Assembly: GCA_002314145.1 (NCBI GenBank)
Contig: DCCG01000002.1
Span: forward strand, 22,155-86,154
Source of the DNA: Thalassolituus sp. UBA1087
GTDB taxonomy: Bacteria > Pseudomonadota > Gammaproteobacteria > Pseudomonadales > Oceanobacteraceae
Length of the DNA: 64,000 nt
Direction: 5' to 3'
Shown here: positions 1 to 8,778 of the stretch, piece after piece
How the letters are laid out: every line of letters starts with the position of its first letter
Position numbering within the stretch: the stretch's first letter is position 1
The notes under the pieces: model-generated
Told to the model about the DNA's origin: nothing
The model's database searches: none
The model's input: only the letters and a program-made list of their open reading frames with translations
Made by a program: the position numbers and the translations under genes

Positions 1-56
1 TCCGCACTAACCTAGCGCCACTATTATCCAAAACAACAATAAATGGTAATAAGTCT

Positions 57-638
57 ATGATGCGCTCAATTGTGTTACTCATCCTCCTTTCCTGCTCTTT
101 TCTGGCTAACGCCATTACGATCAAAGACATTGATATCCCGGAAATCATACCGGCCCGTCAGGACAACCCTGAAATGCCGATGCGTGGCGCAGCCATCCGC
201 CGGGTGTACGGTTTTGTTGAAAGCTATGTCGGTGTGCTATATGTGGCAGACCCGACGTTAACCGATGAGCAGATCGTGAATGCCGATGTCGCCCGCCGCA
301 TGACGTTTTACGTAACCTCTTCGCGCGTCAGTGCCCGTCGTTTTACCAATGCTATTCACGATGGTCTGTCGATCAACATCAGCAAAAAAGAGATGGTGGA
401 ACTGGACGACAGCCTGCAACAGCTGACCAACCTGTTTGATCATAAGTTTGTTGAGGGTACGGTCGGTTATATAGAATGGGTCCCCGAAGCACAGGAAACC
501 CGCATCGCCATCGATGGTGAAGTGCGCGGGGCCGTGAAAGGAAAAAAACTGAATGATGCCCTGCTGAAAATATGGATCGGTGAGCACCCGGTCAGCGAGC
601 GCTTTAAACAACAGGTACTGGGCCACCGTGACGACTGA
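57..638 (+). CDS. Chalcone isomerase-like family exported protein
   Basis: N-terminal signal peptide (SIVLLILLSCSFLANA); C-terminal LLKIWIGEHPVSERFKQQVLG typical of bacterial chalcone-isomerase-like (Chalcone_3-type) proteins. Confidence 0.75.
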   Translation: MMRSIVLLILLSCSFLANAITIKDIDIPEIIPARQDNPEMPMRGAAIRRVYGFVESYVGVLYVADPTLTDEQIVNADVARRMTFYVTSSRVSARRFTNAIHDGLSINISKKEMVELDDSLQQLTNLFDHKFVEGTVGYIEWVPEAQETRIAIDGEVRGAVKGKKLNDALLKIWIGEHPVSERFKQQVLGHRDD

Positions 639-651
639 ATTTAAGGCAGCT

Positions 652-1098
652 TCAGTAACAGTAACGCTTGATTCTGGCCTTTAAATTATCTCTGCGCTGC
701 CGTTGCTTCATCAGGGCCGCCAGAGATTCCGCCCTTTTTTTAACCAGGTTAAAGCGCCGGTAATTATCCCGGGCGTTGCGGCAGTTACGCTGTTTTTTCT
801 CTGCCGCCGCTTGTTCTTTTTCCCGCCGCAAGCGGCGGGCTTTGCGCTCAGCTTTTACCCGTTTCTCACGCTTCAGATAGTCGGTTCCGGTGCCCTGATA
901 ATCTTCATGCTGGGGTTCAAAAGTATTGTCAGGCGATAAGGATTCTTCGTCGATCACTTCGGTTTCCGGCGCTGCGCCCCCGGCCGGTGGTTTATCACCA
1001 AAATGAACCTGTCCGTCAGCGTCTGTCCAGCGATAAACCTCGGCCGCGCTCAGGCCCGTGAACAGACACAGTGTCAGCAGAACTCCTTTCTGCATCAT
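652..1098 (-). CDS. DUF4124 domain-containing exported protein
   Basis: Signal peptide, then EVYRWTDADGQVHFGDKPP (DUF4124 signature) and a charged coiled-coil tail. Confidence 0.8.
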   Translation of the reverse strand: MMQKGVLLTLCLFTGLSAAEVYRWTDADGQVHFGDKPPAGGAAPETEVIDEESLSPDNTFEPQHEDYQGTGTDYLKREKRVKAERKARRLRREKEQAAAEKKQRNCRNARDNYRRFNLVKKRAESLAALMKQRQRRDNLKARIKRYCY

Positions 1099-1118
1099 AA
1101 AATTCTCCGCTTTTGCTG

Positions 1119-2831
1119 TTATCCGGTCGGGGTCAGCGCTTTGATCATTAGCTGGACGGACTGCCGCCCGCGGAATTCATTCACATCCAGCTGGAAAACA
1201 ACCTCCGCGTAATCAGCCTGCTGATCCGGCCAGAGCGAAGTATCCACGTTAAACCAGATACCATCGAGCGCCTGATCACTGTCTTCTGGCTGCAATACCA
1301 GCTTCAGATGGCGTTCGCCAACAATCCGCTGCTGAACCAGACGGAAGCGGCCACTGAACAGCGGTTCGGGAAAGCCCTGTCCCCAGGGGCCACTCCATTT
1401 AAGCTGATGGGCCAGTTGCAGAGTGAAATCCTGTGCTGACAGAGAGCCATCGGTCTCCAGCCGTTCCTGTAACTGAGTGTCATCCAGGCGCCGGCGACAG
1501 ACTTCGTCAAACCGTTGTGAAAATTCCTGCAGAGCAGATTCATATAGCGTCAGGCCGGCAGCCATCGCGTGGCCGCCAAACTTTTTAATCAGCCCCGGGG
1601 CACTCTTATCCACTTCGTCGAGCGCGTCGCGCATATGCAGCCCGGGAATGGAACGGGCAGACCCCTTCAGCAGGCCATCGTCTCCGGCGGCCATGGCAAT
1701 CACCGGACGGTGAACTTTTTCTTTGATACGTGAGGCCAGAATTCCAATCACTCCCTGATGCCAGTCATGCTGGTAGAGACACACTCCCACCGGCCAGTTC
1801 TGATCGCTGTCAAAACGACTGAGAAACTTCAGTGCTTCCTCCTGCATGCCCTGTTCAATCGTGCGCCGTTCGCGGTTCATATCGTCCAGCGTACGCGCCA
1901 GATTCAGTGCCCGTGTGGCATCTCCGGTCAGCAGGCATTCAATGCCCACTGACATATCGTCCAGACGTCCGGCGGCATTCAGCCGGGGCCCGACAGCAAA
2001 GCCAAAATCTGCTGCCACGACCCGGGAGGATTCCCGTCCGGCCACCTGCAGCAGCGCCAGCACACCGGCACTGGCATGCCCTGCGCGGATGCGGCGCAGC
2101 CCCTGCTCTACCAGTATGCGGTTGTTATGATCGAGCGGCACAACGTCAGCGACGGTGGCCAGGGCGACCAGATCAAGCAGCTGAGCCATATTCGGCGCGG
2201 CATCCGGCAGCAGTCCCCGGACTTTCATTTCTGCCCGCAACGCCAGCATCAGATAAAACACAACGGTGCAGCCACAGGCCGCCTTGGAGGGGAATTCACA
2301 GCCGGGCTGGTTCGGATTCACAATGGCAGCGGCCTCCGGTAAGGTGCTGCCCGGCAGGTGGTGATCCGTCACCAATACCGGAATACCGGCCTGTGCCGCC
2401 GCCGCGACGCCGTCAACCGACGCGATACCATTATCCACGGTCATAATCAGGTCCGGTTCCATGGTCACCGCCACAGCGACCAGTTCCGGCGACAGGCCGT
2501 AGCCAAAATCAAAGCGGTTCGGAACCAGATACTGCACATCGTTCGCGCCCAGCATATGTAATGCGCGAATGGCCAGTGCCGTACTGGTTGCCCCATCCAC
2601 ATCAAAATCCCCGACCACCAGCAAACGTTTACCAGCTGTCACCACCGGCAATAAGAGCTCGACCGCAGCGCGGATACCTTTCATCTGCTGATACGGCAGC
2701 AACGCCGGTAATCCGAGATCAAGATCCTTCGCGCTGGTGACCCCGCGTGCGGCGTAAATTCGTTGCAACAGCGGCGGCATATCGGGTAAGTCCCAGTGGG
2801 CAGGAAGCTGACGCGGTGTAATAGCAGGCAT
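1119..2831 (-). CDS. recJ: Single-stranded DNA-specific exonuclease RecJ
   Basis: DHH-family motifs GDFDVDGATS, TVDNG, TDHH, DLVALATVADVV, GPRLNAAGRL, GSARS, FGGHAMAAG. Start set at ATG 2831; the ORF is open to GTG 2882, which overlaps the ligase stop. Confidence 0.97.
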   Translation of the reverse strand: MPAITPRQLPAHWDLPDMPPLLQRIYAARGVTSAKDLDLGLPALLPYQQMKGIRAAVELLLPVVTAGKRLLVVGDFDVDGATSTALAIRALHMLGANDVQYLVPNRFDFGYGLSPELVAVAVTMEPDLIMTVDNGIASVDGVAAAAQAGIPVLVTDHHLPGSTLPEAAAIVNPNQPGCEFPSKAACGCTVVFYLMLALRAEMKVRGLLPDAAPNMAQLLDLVALATVADVVPLDHNNRILVEQGLRRIRAGHASAGVLALLQVAGRESSRVVAADFGFAVGPRLNAAGRLDDMSVGIECLLTGDATRALNLARTLDDMNRERRTIEQGMQEEALKFLSRFDSDQNWPVGVCLYQHDWHQGVIGILASRIKEKVHRPVIAMAAGDDGLLKGSARSIPGLHMRDALDEVDKSAPGLIKKFGGHAMAAGLTLYESALQEFSQRFDEVCRRRLDDTQLQERLETDGSLSAQDFTLQLAHQLKWSGPWGQGFPEPLFSGRFRLVQQRIVGERHLKLVLQPEDSDQALDGIWFNVDTSLWPDQQADYAEVVFQLDVNEFRGRQSVQLMIKALTPTG

Positions 2832-2878
2832 AGGAACTCGGGCGCTGGAATAAAAGCGATATGCTAACACGCCGGCGT

Positions 2879-3730
2879 TCACTCCTCAGGGCGAATACGC
2901 AGAAAGCGGGCAAAACGCGGTAAACCGGTTTTTGTCAGACCGTTATATGCAAAAGTAATGCGACTGCCCAGCGCAGGCGGAGACTGACGCTCGGCATCGG
3001 AAAAACCACTGCCAATGCGGAATTCCCGCCCATCTTCCATACGCACCACCACGGCGCCCATCTGTCCCTGATACTTACCTTCGCCGGGAACGTACCCCAC
3101 CACAGTCGCTTCATCGTCCTGAGTGATCTTTACCTTCAGAAGATCGTCACTGCGGCTCAGCTGATAAAGTGAATCAGCCCGCTTCAGCATCAGGCCTTCA
3201 CCACCAGATGCGGTGACCTGTTGCAACAGCGCTTCCACCTCATCAGCACTGCTGACAGGGCGCTGACGAACCAGTTGCAGCTGACTGTTAGTGGCTGCAT
3301 TAACCAGCTTTTTTAACGTCCGGTAACGCTCTGTAAACGGGGCAGCCATGGCCGGCAGATCAAATACCATAAAACGCATCTGCCGCCAGTCGTCTTCCAC
3401 CGGTTGTTGCCGGCGCACAACGCCGGAAGCCCAGCTGAAACGTTCACGCCCTGCCCATAATTCACCGTCCAGTGGGGTATCCGGAAATCCGTGAGTAAAC
3501 CATTGCGGTACCTGGATATAGCGGCCACTGCGGGTCCGCAAGCGCGTTCCATCCCAGTAAGCCCGCACACCATCCAGTTTTTCACTGACCAGATATTGTT
3601 CAACATCAATCCCCGGCTGATAAACCTGCGCCAGCATTAATGCCGGCGCCGCATCGCCTGCGGCTGCATACAGAGATTGGGGAAGTCCCGCTAAAAGCAG
3701 GGTTAAAAGAATAATCATCACAATGTCCAT
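2879..3730 (-). CDS. Minimal ATP-dependent DNA ligase with N-terminal signal peptide (Lig E type)
   Basis: Motif I SEKLDGVRAYW, III LDGELW, IIIa FMVFDLP, IV GEGLMLK, V LLKVK; OB domain with GSGFS and TGLPRFARF; hydrophobic leader MDIVMIILLTLLLAGLPQSLYA. Confidence 0.92.
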   Translation of the reverse strand: MDIVMIILLTLLLAGLPQSLYAAAGDAAPALMLAQVYQPGIDVEQYLVSEKLDGVRAYWDGTRLRTRSGRYIQVPQWFTHGFPDTPLDGELWAGRERFSWASGVVRRQQPVEDDWRQMRFMVFDLPAMAAPFTERYRTLKKLVNAATNSQLQLVRQRPVSSADEVEALLQQVTASGGEGLMLKRADSLYQLSRSDDLLKVKITQDDEATVVGYVPGEGKYQGQMGAVVVRMEDGREFRIGSGFSDAERQSPPALGSRITFAYNGLTKTGLPRFARFLRIRPEE

Positions 3731-3753
3731 GTGATTTCCTCCATGAAATCCAC
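3731..3753 (-). promoter_or_regulatory. Hairpin presenting GGA/SD in the loop directly upstream of the ligase start (CsrA/RsmA-type site candidate)
   Basis: Minus strand reads GTG-GATTTC-ATGGAG-GAAATC-AC-ATG: a 6-bp stem with AUGGAG in the loop, covering the ribosome-binding site. Confidence 0.45.
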
Positions 3754-3891
3754 CTACAGGAATTAACCCTGATTCAGACTTATTGGCAACCCCGGCATTT
3801 TAATTTCAGACTTTCAGGCGATCTCTCTTGACTAAAGAGCACCTGAACGGAATCCTAACAGCCTGTTTATTTTTTAATTGATTGGTTATTC

Positions 3892-4287
3892 ATGCGCTGT
3901 TATCTGTTGGGTCTTGGCAGCAATATTTCCCCGGACATTAATATCCCGTCAGCCTGCCGGGCGCTGGACATGCTAGGTGATGTGCTGCAGGTGTCGCCAG
4001 CGATTGCCACCACCACAGTCGGTGACACATTCACAGGGCCATTTATGAATCAGTTAGTCATACTGCAAACTGAACTGACGGAAATAACCCTGAAAGAAAA
4101 CCTGCTGGCAATAGAATCACGTCATGGACGAGAGGCCAAAACGCCGGCCCGCAAAATAAAAGACAGAACCATTGATATTGATATTCTGATGTCAGCCGGC
4201 AATGCCGCTGACTGTCTTCATGCCCGCCTGGACGAAAGCTATTACCGCGAAGTTCAGCAACACTGGCTTCAGGAAGAAAACGTCTGA
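3892..4287 (+). CDS. folK: FolK/HPPK-like pyrophosphokinase (short, divergent)
   Basis: YLLGLGSNI N-terminus, FMNQLV, IESRHGR and RTIDIDIL (HPPK DxD Mg-binding signature). Only 131 aa and lacks the usual C-terminal LxxPH segment. Confidence 0.75.
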   Translation: MRCYLLGLGSNISPDINIPSACRALDMLGDVLQVSPAIATTTVGDTFTGPFMNQLVILQTELTEITLKENLLAIESRHGREAKTPARKIKDRTIDIDILMSAGNAADCLHARLDESYYREVQQHWLQEENV

Positions 4288-4982
4288 TCGTAACGGTTAG
4301 CCACAAAACGTCCGCCATCCACCCGCATCACAGTGCCGGTGACCGCCGCTGCGCTGAGCAGATAATCACAGGCCTGCACAATCGCACCGTACCCCAGTTC
4401 CTGGCCCGTCAGTGACTGAGATAACACCATATTCCGGTATTCCTGCGTGTGCTGCGGTAAAAACTGAACCGGCCCCGGCTGAATAACATTCACCCGCACC
4501 CTGGCAGCCAGTCGCTGCGCCATGCTCAGAGACCAGTTCTGTAATCCGGCTTTGGCTGAACAGTAAGCTGAAAAGCGCTGGTTAGGGATATCCGCGTAAA
4601 TATCACTGATACTGATCATGGCCGCACCCTCGGCCCACTGATCCGACAGGGCGTCCGTGATCTGCGCCGGTGACGACACATGCACGCGCCAATGCTTTTC
4701 AAAATGCATAGCCAGATCTTCAGCCGCCTTATCCGGAATAATACAGGACGCATTATGAATCAGCGCATCAACCGGCCCGACAGCAGCCAGCTGTTCACAT
4801 AAAGACTGAACGGCTGCCACATCGGCAAGATCAGCCTGTAACACCGTCAAGCCCGGCTGCGCCGCCAGCTCACAACGGGAATTATAATGCGCGATTACTT
4901 CCCAGCCCTGAGCCAGATAGTGTTCTGCAAGGGTTTTTCCCAGACGCCGGCCAGCACCGGTAATAAGGATTCGTTTTGCCAT
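4269..4982 (-). CDS. folM: SDR oxidoreductase, pteridine/dihydromonapterin reductase (FolM/PTR1)-like
   Basis: ILITGAGRRLG (pteridine-reductase-type Rossmann motif), LIHNAS, YCSAK catalytic YxxxK, RVNVIQPG, VDGG; SD AGGAG upstream. Confidence 0.75.
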   Translation of the reverse strand: MAKRILITGAGRRLGKTLAEHYLAQGWEVIAHYNSRCELAAQPGLTVLQADLADVAAVQSLCEQLAAVGPVDALIHNASCIIPDKAAEDLAMHFEKHWRVHVSSPAQITDALSDQWAEGAAMISISDIYADIPNQRFSAYCSAKAGLQNWSLSMAQRLAARVRVNVIQPGPVQFLPQHTQEYRNMVLSQSLTGQELGYGAIVQACDYLLSAAAVTGTVMRVDGGRFVANRYDQTFSS

Positions 4983-5200
4983 ACCTACTCCTGAAACTGA
5001 CGCCTACCCTATCCGCCGCAGCCTGTTTTGTCACCTTGGAATACATAGCTCCAGACCCGTCATTAAACAACAAGATAACGGTATAAAGATTTCCATCCGC
5101 TTCGCTCCCGGCTGCCGCAGCAAAACGCCCGACCTGAATGTGGCAACAGGTCTGGATAATGCGCAGAACGTTGCCCGCAAGGCAGTATCTTAAACAAAAC

Positions 5201-5594
5201 TGACAGCGGACCGGGTTGATACTGGCGATAACCTTACGACAACCGCTAAGCTCGGACTGCATTCACTAAAGGCCGAGCTTCGATGTAGAAAAGGAGTTGG
5301 TTGCGGGGCCGGATTGGTACTGGCAACCACGTTGCGACGACCGCCAGGGCGAAAAATTATCCACTGTTGGAAAGTTTTTTATTTACTGGAAAGTTGGTTG
5401 CGGGGGCCGGATTTGGAACGGCCAGTCCCACTGCGACGACCGCTAAGGGCGAACTTCTTAGCTGAACAACAGAGTTTTCATGCTGAAAAGGATTTGGTTG
5501 CGGGGGCCGGATTTGCAACGGGCAGTCCCACTGCGACGACCGCTAAGGGCGAACTTCTTAACTGAACACCAGAGTTTTCATGCTCAAAAGGAGT
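5201..5594 (-). repeat. tRNA-linked tandem repeat array: four units of 97-100 bp, each containing the tRNA-fMet 3' half
   Basis: Units start (+ strand) at 5201, 5298, 5395 and 5495, in register with the tRNA 3' end at 5595. The 21-mer TGGTTGCGGGGGCCGGATTTG is identical at 5395, 5495 and 5595. Units 5395 and 5495 differ at 6 of 100 nt; units 5298 and 5201 are progressively more decayed. Confidence 0.92.
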
Positions 5595-5671
<77 letters not shown>

Positions 5672-5684
5672 TCAGAGGCTGCGT

Positions 5685-5713
5685 ATATTACGGAGACCCC
5701 CCTATCCTGTCAA
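5685..5713 (-). promoter_or_regulatory. Sigma70 promoter of tRNA-fMet
   Basis: Minus strand TTGACA (5713-5708), 17-nt spacer, TAATAT (5690-5685), then a GC-rich discriminator just before the tRNA. Confidence 0.85.
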
Positions 5714-5848
5714 GCCTAAGAGATTGTTTTTCTGAGATTTTTCCGGCCAAACCGGTGAGCACAGAGAAAGTGGCCTGTATAGCTGGAGATTTCTCCATTC
5801 TGGTGGTAGCTTTAGCTGTACAAAAAATAACAAGAATAAAATTTGCCT

Positions 5849-6898
5849 ATGACTGCGCATCCGAGCAATACAATAACGTCGGCCGCTTTGCAGCCCCTGT
5901 TAAGACTGTTGGAAAGCAAAGGTTTTTCCAGCACGGATCTGCTGACCCGGGAACTCGATGCCCGACCGGAGCATATTTCCAGTCAACGTATTCCCATCAG
6001 CCAGTTTGACCGTCTTCTTGAACAGGCCAGTAAACTGCTGAACGAACCATCCATTGGTTTCGCCGCAGGCCAGCATCTGGATCTTCCCAGTTTTTATCTG
6101 CTTGGCTTTCTGCTGAACAACTGTCAGACCGGTCGCGAAGCACTGACAATTCTGCGTCGCTATTATTCGCTGATCAGTGATACACGCTCACCGGACCTGT
6201 TTATCGGTCAACAGAGCATTAAAGTGGTGTATTACGTCGCCGAAGGCAGTGCTTTTGGCAGCCACGCGCGCACGGAATACATTGCCACCAGCATTCATAC
6301 CGCCGGTAAGGCGTTTGGTGGCCATTTATATCAGATTCAGGGGGCTGGCTTCTGTTTTCCTCCGCCGCCTTATAAGGACGATCTGGAGCGCTATTTCGGT
6401 ATTCCTCTGCAATTCAATCAGCCTCATAACTGGCTGTCGTTTTCGGCACGTCTGCTGGATAAGCCTCTTTCCCAGGCCAACCCGGAGTTGTTTGCCATTC
6501 TCAAGGCTCAGGCTGACAAGGCCTCCGAGCGTTTTTCACACCTGAAGCCGTTTTCCCGTAAGGTGATGCATATTCTGTATCAATGGCCGGAGTCCATTCC
6601 CATCACCAAAGAGTCCGTGGCGGAACTGCTGAGTACCAGCAGCCGCACGCTGACGCGCCGTCTGCAGGAAGAACGCTGTCAATTCTCTAACCTGTTGAAA
6701 GATGTGCGGCTGGAAAAAGCCAAGCACGCTTTAAGCAACGGCCACGCGGATGTTCAGCAACTGGCTATCGAGCTGGGTTTTTCCGATCGCCGCGGCTTTG
6801 AGCGGGCTTTTAAGCAATGGACCGGTAAAACACCGGCTGCTTATCGTAAAACCTGTCAGGAGCAGCGCCAGGGTCAGCGCCAGATGGAAGAGGCATAA
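5849..6898 (+). CDS. AraC family transcriptional regulator (long N-terminal ligand-binding domain)
   Basis: About 350 aa; C-terminal double HTH (LSTSSRTLTRRLQEE...VRLEKAK...LGFSDRRGFERAFKQWTGKTPAAYR). ATG 5849 preferred over TTG 5843. Confidence 0.93.
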   Translation: MTAHPSNTITSAALQPLLRLLESKGFSSTDLLTRELDARPEHISSQRIPISQFDRLLEQASKLLNEPSIGFAAGQHLDLPSFYLLGFLLNNCQTGREALTILRRYYSLISDTRSPDLFIGQQSIKVVYYVAEGSAFGSHARTEYIATSIHTAGKAFGGHLYQIQGAGFCFPPPPYKDDLERYFGIPLQFNQPHNWLSFSARLLDKPLSQANPELFAILKAQADKASERFSHLKPFSRKVMHILYQWPESIPITKESVAELLSTSSRTLTRRLQEERCQFSNLLKDVRLEKAKHALSNGHADVQQLAIELGFSDRRGFERAFKQWTGKTPAAYRKTCQEQRQGQRQMEEA

Positions 6899-6945
6899 CG
6901 CCCGGCAGCGGGTTACCATCGCCGGGCGGCCATAAAAAGCAGCCA

Positions 6946-6969
6946 TAAAAAAGCGGCCGGAGCCGCTTA
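6946..6969 (-). terminator. Intrinsic terminator for the 7002-7457 gene
   Basis: Minus strand AAGCGGC-TCCG-GCCGCTT followed by T-run. Confidence 0.7.
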
Positions 6970-7001
6970 TTGTCATTGTATCAGTGGCTCCGGCCTGCCC
7001 G

Positions 7002-7457
7002 TCACCAGTCATCAGCTGACAAGGCAGCCCGGACGGTGCGCATTTTTTCTGACTTTTCCAGTTCCACCATGCTGCTGAACAACAGCCGCGAGCCGTCACT
7101 GGTGGATTCACTCAGCATCTGGCTGTAAAGATCTATCAGATAATCATCAATGCGCAATGCCATGGCAACCAGCTCATCGACACTGATATCCGGATGAATT
7201 TTCACACATTCTGCCAGCGCTTCACTGATGGAACCAGGCTCAAACTGATGCCATTCATCCAGAACTTTCTGTTGCAGATTCTCTTCAATACGGGTGACCG
7301 ACTCAGCCAGTGTATTTTCATGCTCCGCAAGCAGATGACACATCATATCAACCCGTTCTTTCTGCGTCTGATCACGCAACTGCTCAAACAGATTACGCGC
7401 ATGCTGATGCAGCTGACGACTGTAGGTAAGAATGTCTTTAACAGTTGAGTAACTCAT
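7002..7457 (-). CDS. Hypothetical protein, possibly ferritin/rubrerythrin-like four-helix bundle
   Basis: About 151 aa, helical and acidic, with LAEHE and ELEKSE segments in two repeated helix pairs; GGAG SD upstream of ATG 7457. Confidence 0.6.
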   Translation of the reverse strand: MSYSTVKDILTYSRQLHQHARNLFEQLRDQTQKERVDMMCHLLAEHENTLAESVTRIEENLQQKVLDEWHQFEPGSISEALAECVKIHPDISVDELVAMALRIDDYLIDLYSQMLSESTSDGSRLLFSSMVELEKSEKMRTVRAALSADDW

Positions 7458-7529
7458 GGTGTCCACTCCCTTTTGTTACTCTCAGCATAGCCTTCACCGC
7501 AGCAATCTCCATTGCCGGGTATCAACAAT

Positions 7530-8066
7530 TTATTCCGCGTCGAACTGAGCTTTGAGGTCGTCTTTATAAGGACGGACAGCTTCTTTGTCTGCGTTACTGA
7601 CTCCTTTCACTGCTTTCATCATCATCAGTGATGCAGACATCATCTGTGTCATCATGGCTTTCTGTTCCTGCGGCAGATCCGAATCTTTCACCTGCTGCAG
7701 CTGAGCTTCAAGCTGGGATACGCTCACCGGTTCATTTTCGATTTCGAGTGCCAGGTAGGCCAGAGAAATCTGCCGTGTCATCCCTGCCCATTCTTCAACG
7801 TTGTCATACCCTGCCGCCTGCACTTTCTGATTAAAATCGTCATACAGTCCGGCAGACTTCAGATCTTTGACACCCTGATTGAGCATTTCATCAATACCCT
7901 GAGAACCATCGGGCATTTCATCCGGCATCTGGTCTTCATGCTCAGATAACCATTGCTCCAGCGCCGGCATATTTTTCATCCAGGTTTCAATATCCGCACC
8001 GGTCAGATCAGCGGCAAACGCCAGCTGAGAAAACATAACAATGATGGCCGCCGTAATTAATCGCAT
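7530..8066 (-). CDS. Hypothetical exported protein (Met-rich, helical)
   Basis: SD CAGGAG before ATG 8066; signal peptide MRLITAAIIVMFSQLAFA; operon-like spacing with the upstream genes. Confidence 0.75.
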   Translation of the reverse strand: MRLITAAIIVMFSQLAFAADLTGADIETWMKNMPALEQWLSEHEDQMPDEMPDGSQGIDEMLNQGVKDLKSAGLYDDFNQKVQAAGYDNVEEWAGMTRQISLAYLALEIENEPVSVSQLEAQLQQVKDSDLPQEQKAMMTQMMSASLMMMKAVKGVSNADKEAVRPYKDDLKAQFDAE

Positions 8067-8109
8067 CCGTATCTCCTGTGATAACAGTTTTGTGCCCAAT
8101 AGCAGAGGC

Positions 8110-8778
8110 TTACCCTAACGGGCTTTCATCGCGGCGGCAATAAATCTCTACCGCTACCGCTTCATCAAAATCCCCAATCGCGGGCAATGTCGCAAAAACG
8201 CCGTGTTGCAGATGTTGTAAATCAACAAAATCCGGCGCCACCTGACGTGTCTCTGCCAGCAGCCACTGGGGTACCTGCAGCAGTAATTGCTGCAGATCGC
8301 TGCTGGCGCTGATGTCGTACAGCACGTCAGCCGCCAGTAACCGGTCTGCTTCAGGCCAGTTCTGGTTTTCGACAATGTTCACACGAACCTGGTTCAGCCT
8401 GGCGTTTTCCTGTACCGCCAGCAACGCATTATCGTCCAGATCTGCGACCCAGACTTCGCTGGCGCCACAGAGCGCGGCCGTGATGCCGACAATGCCCGAG
8501 CCACAGCCAAAATCCAGCACCCGCTGCCCGGCAACCCAATGAGGGTTACGCATCAGGTAACCGGCCAGAGCCCGTCCCCCGGCCCAGGCAAACGCCCAAT
8601 AAGGCAGCCGGTGCCAAAGATCGGTAATCTGGGCTGTATCCAGTTGTATGTCCGTATCTTCCAGCGCCATCAGCCAGAGCCGCACCCACGTATCCTGAGG
8701 ATCACTCTGTGCCAGACCTGCGCCCGGTACCGGCAGCGCCCGGCTCAGCTGTTGCAGAATTTTATTACCAGCTGACAT
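8110..8778 (-). CDS. Class I SAM-dependent methyltransferase (METTL20/ETF-lysine-methyltransferase-like)
   Basis: PYWAFAWAGG, VLDFGCGSG (motif I), ADLD, LAADVLYD. Confidence 0.85.
   Translation of the reverse strand: MSAGNKILQQLSRALPVPGAGLAQSDPQDTWVRLWLMALEDTDIQLDTAQITDLWHRLPYWAFAWAGGRALAGYLMRNPHWVAGQRVLDFGCGSGIVGITAALCGASEVWVADLDDNALLAVQENARLNQVRVNIVENQNWPEADRLLAADVLYDISASSDLQQLLLQVPQWLLAETRQVAPDFVDLQHLQHGVFATLPAIGDFDEAVAVEIYCRRDESPLG

Noticed and set aside
4983-5200. Folate, pterin or ZTP riboswitch upstream of the folM-like gene
   Set aside because: Only a short 6-bp hairpin (5131-5152) is visible, and I could not match any riboswitch consensus by eye. An Infernal/Rfam scan would settle it.
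5314-5565. 83-aa + strand ORF with an internal repeat
   Set aside because: It is only the translation of the tRNA-linked repeat units; no SD and no coding signal.
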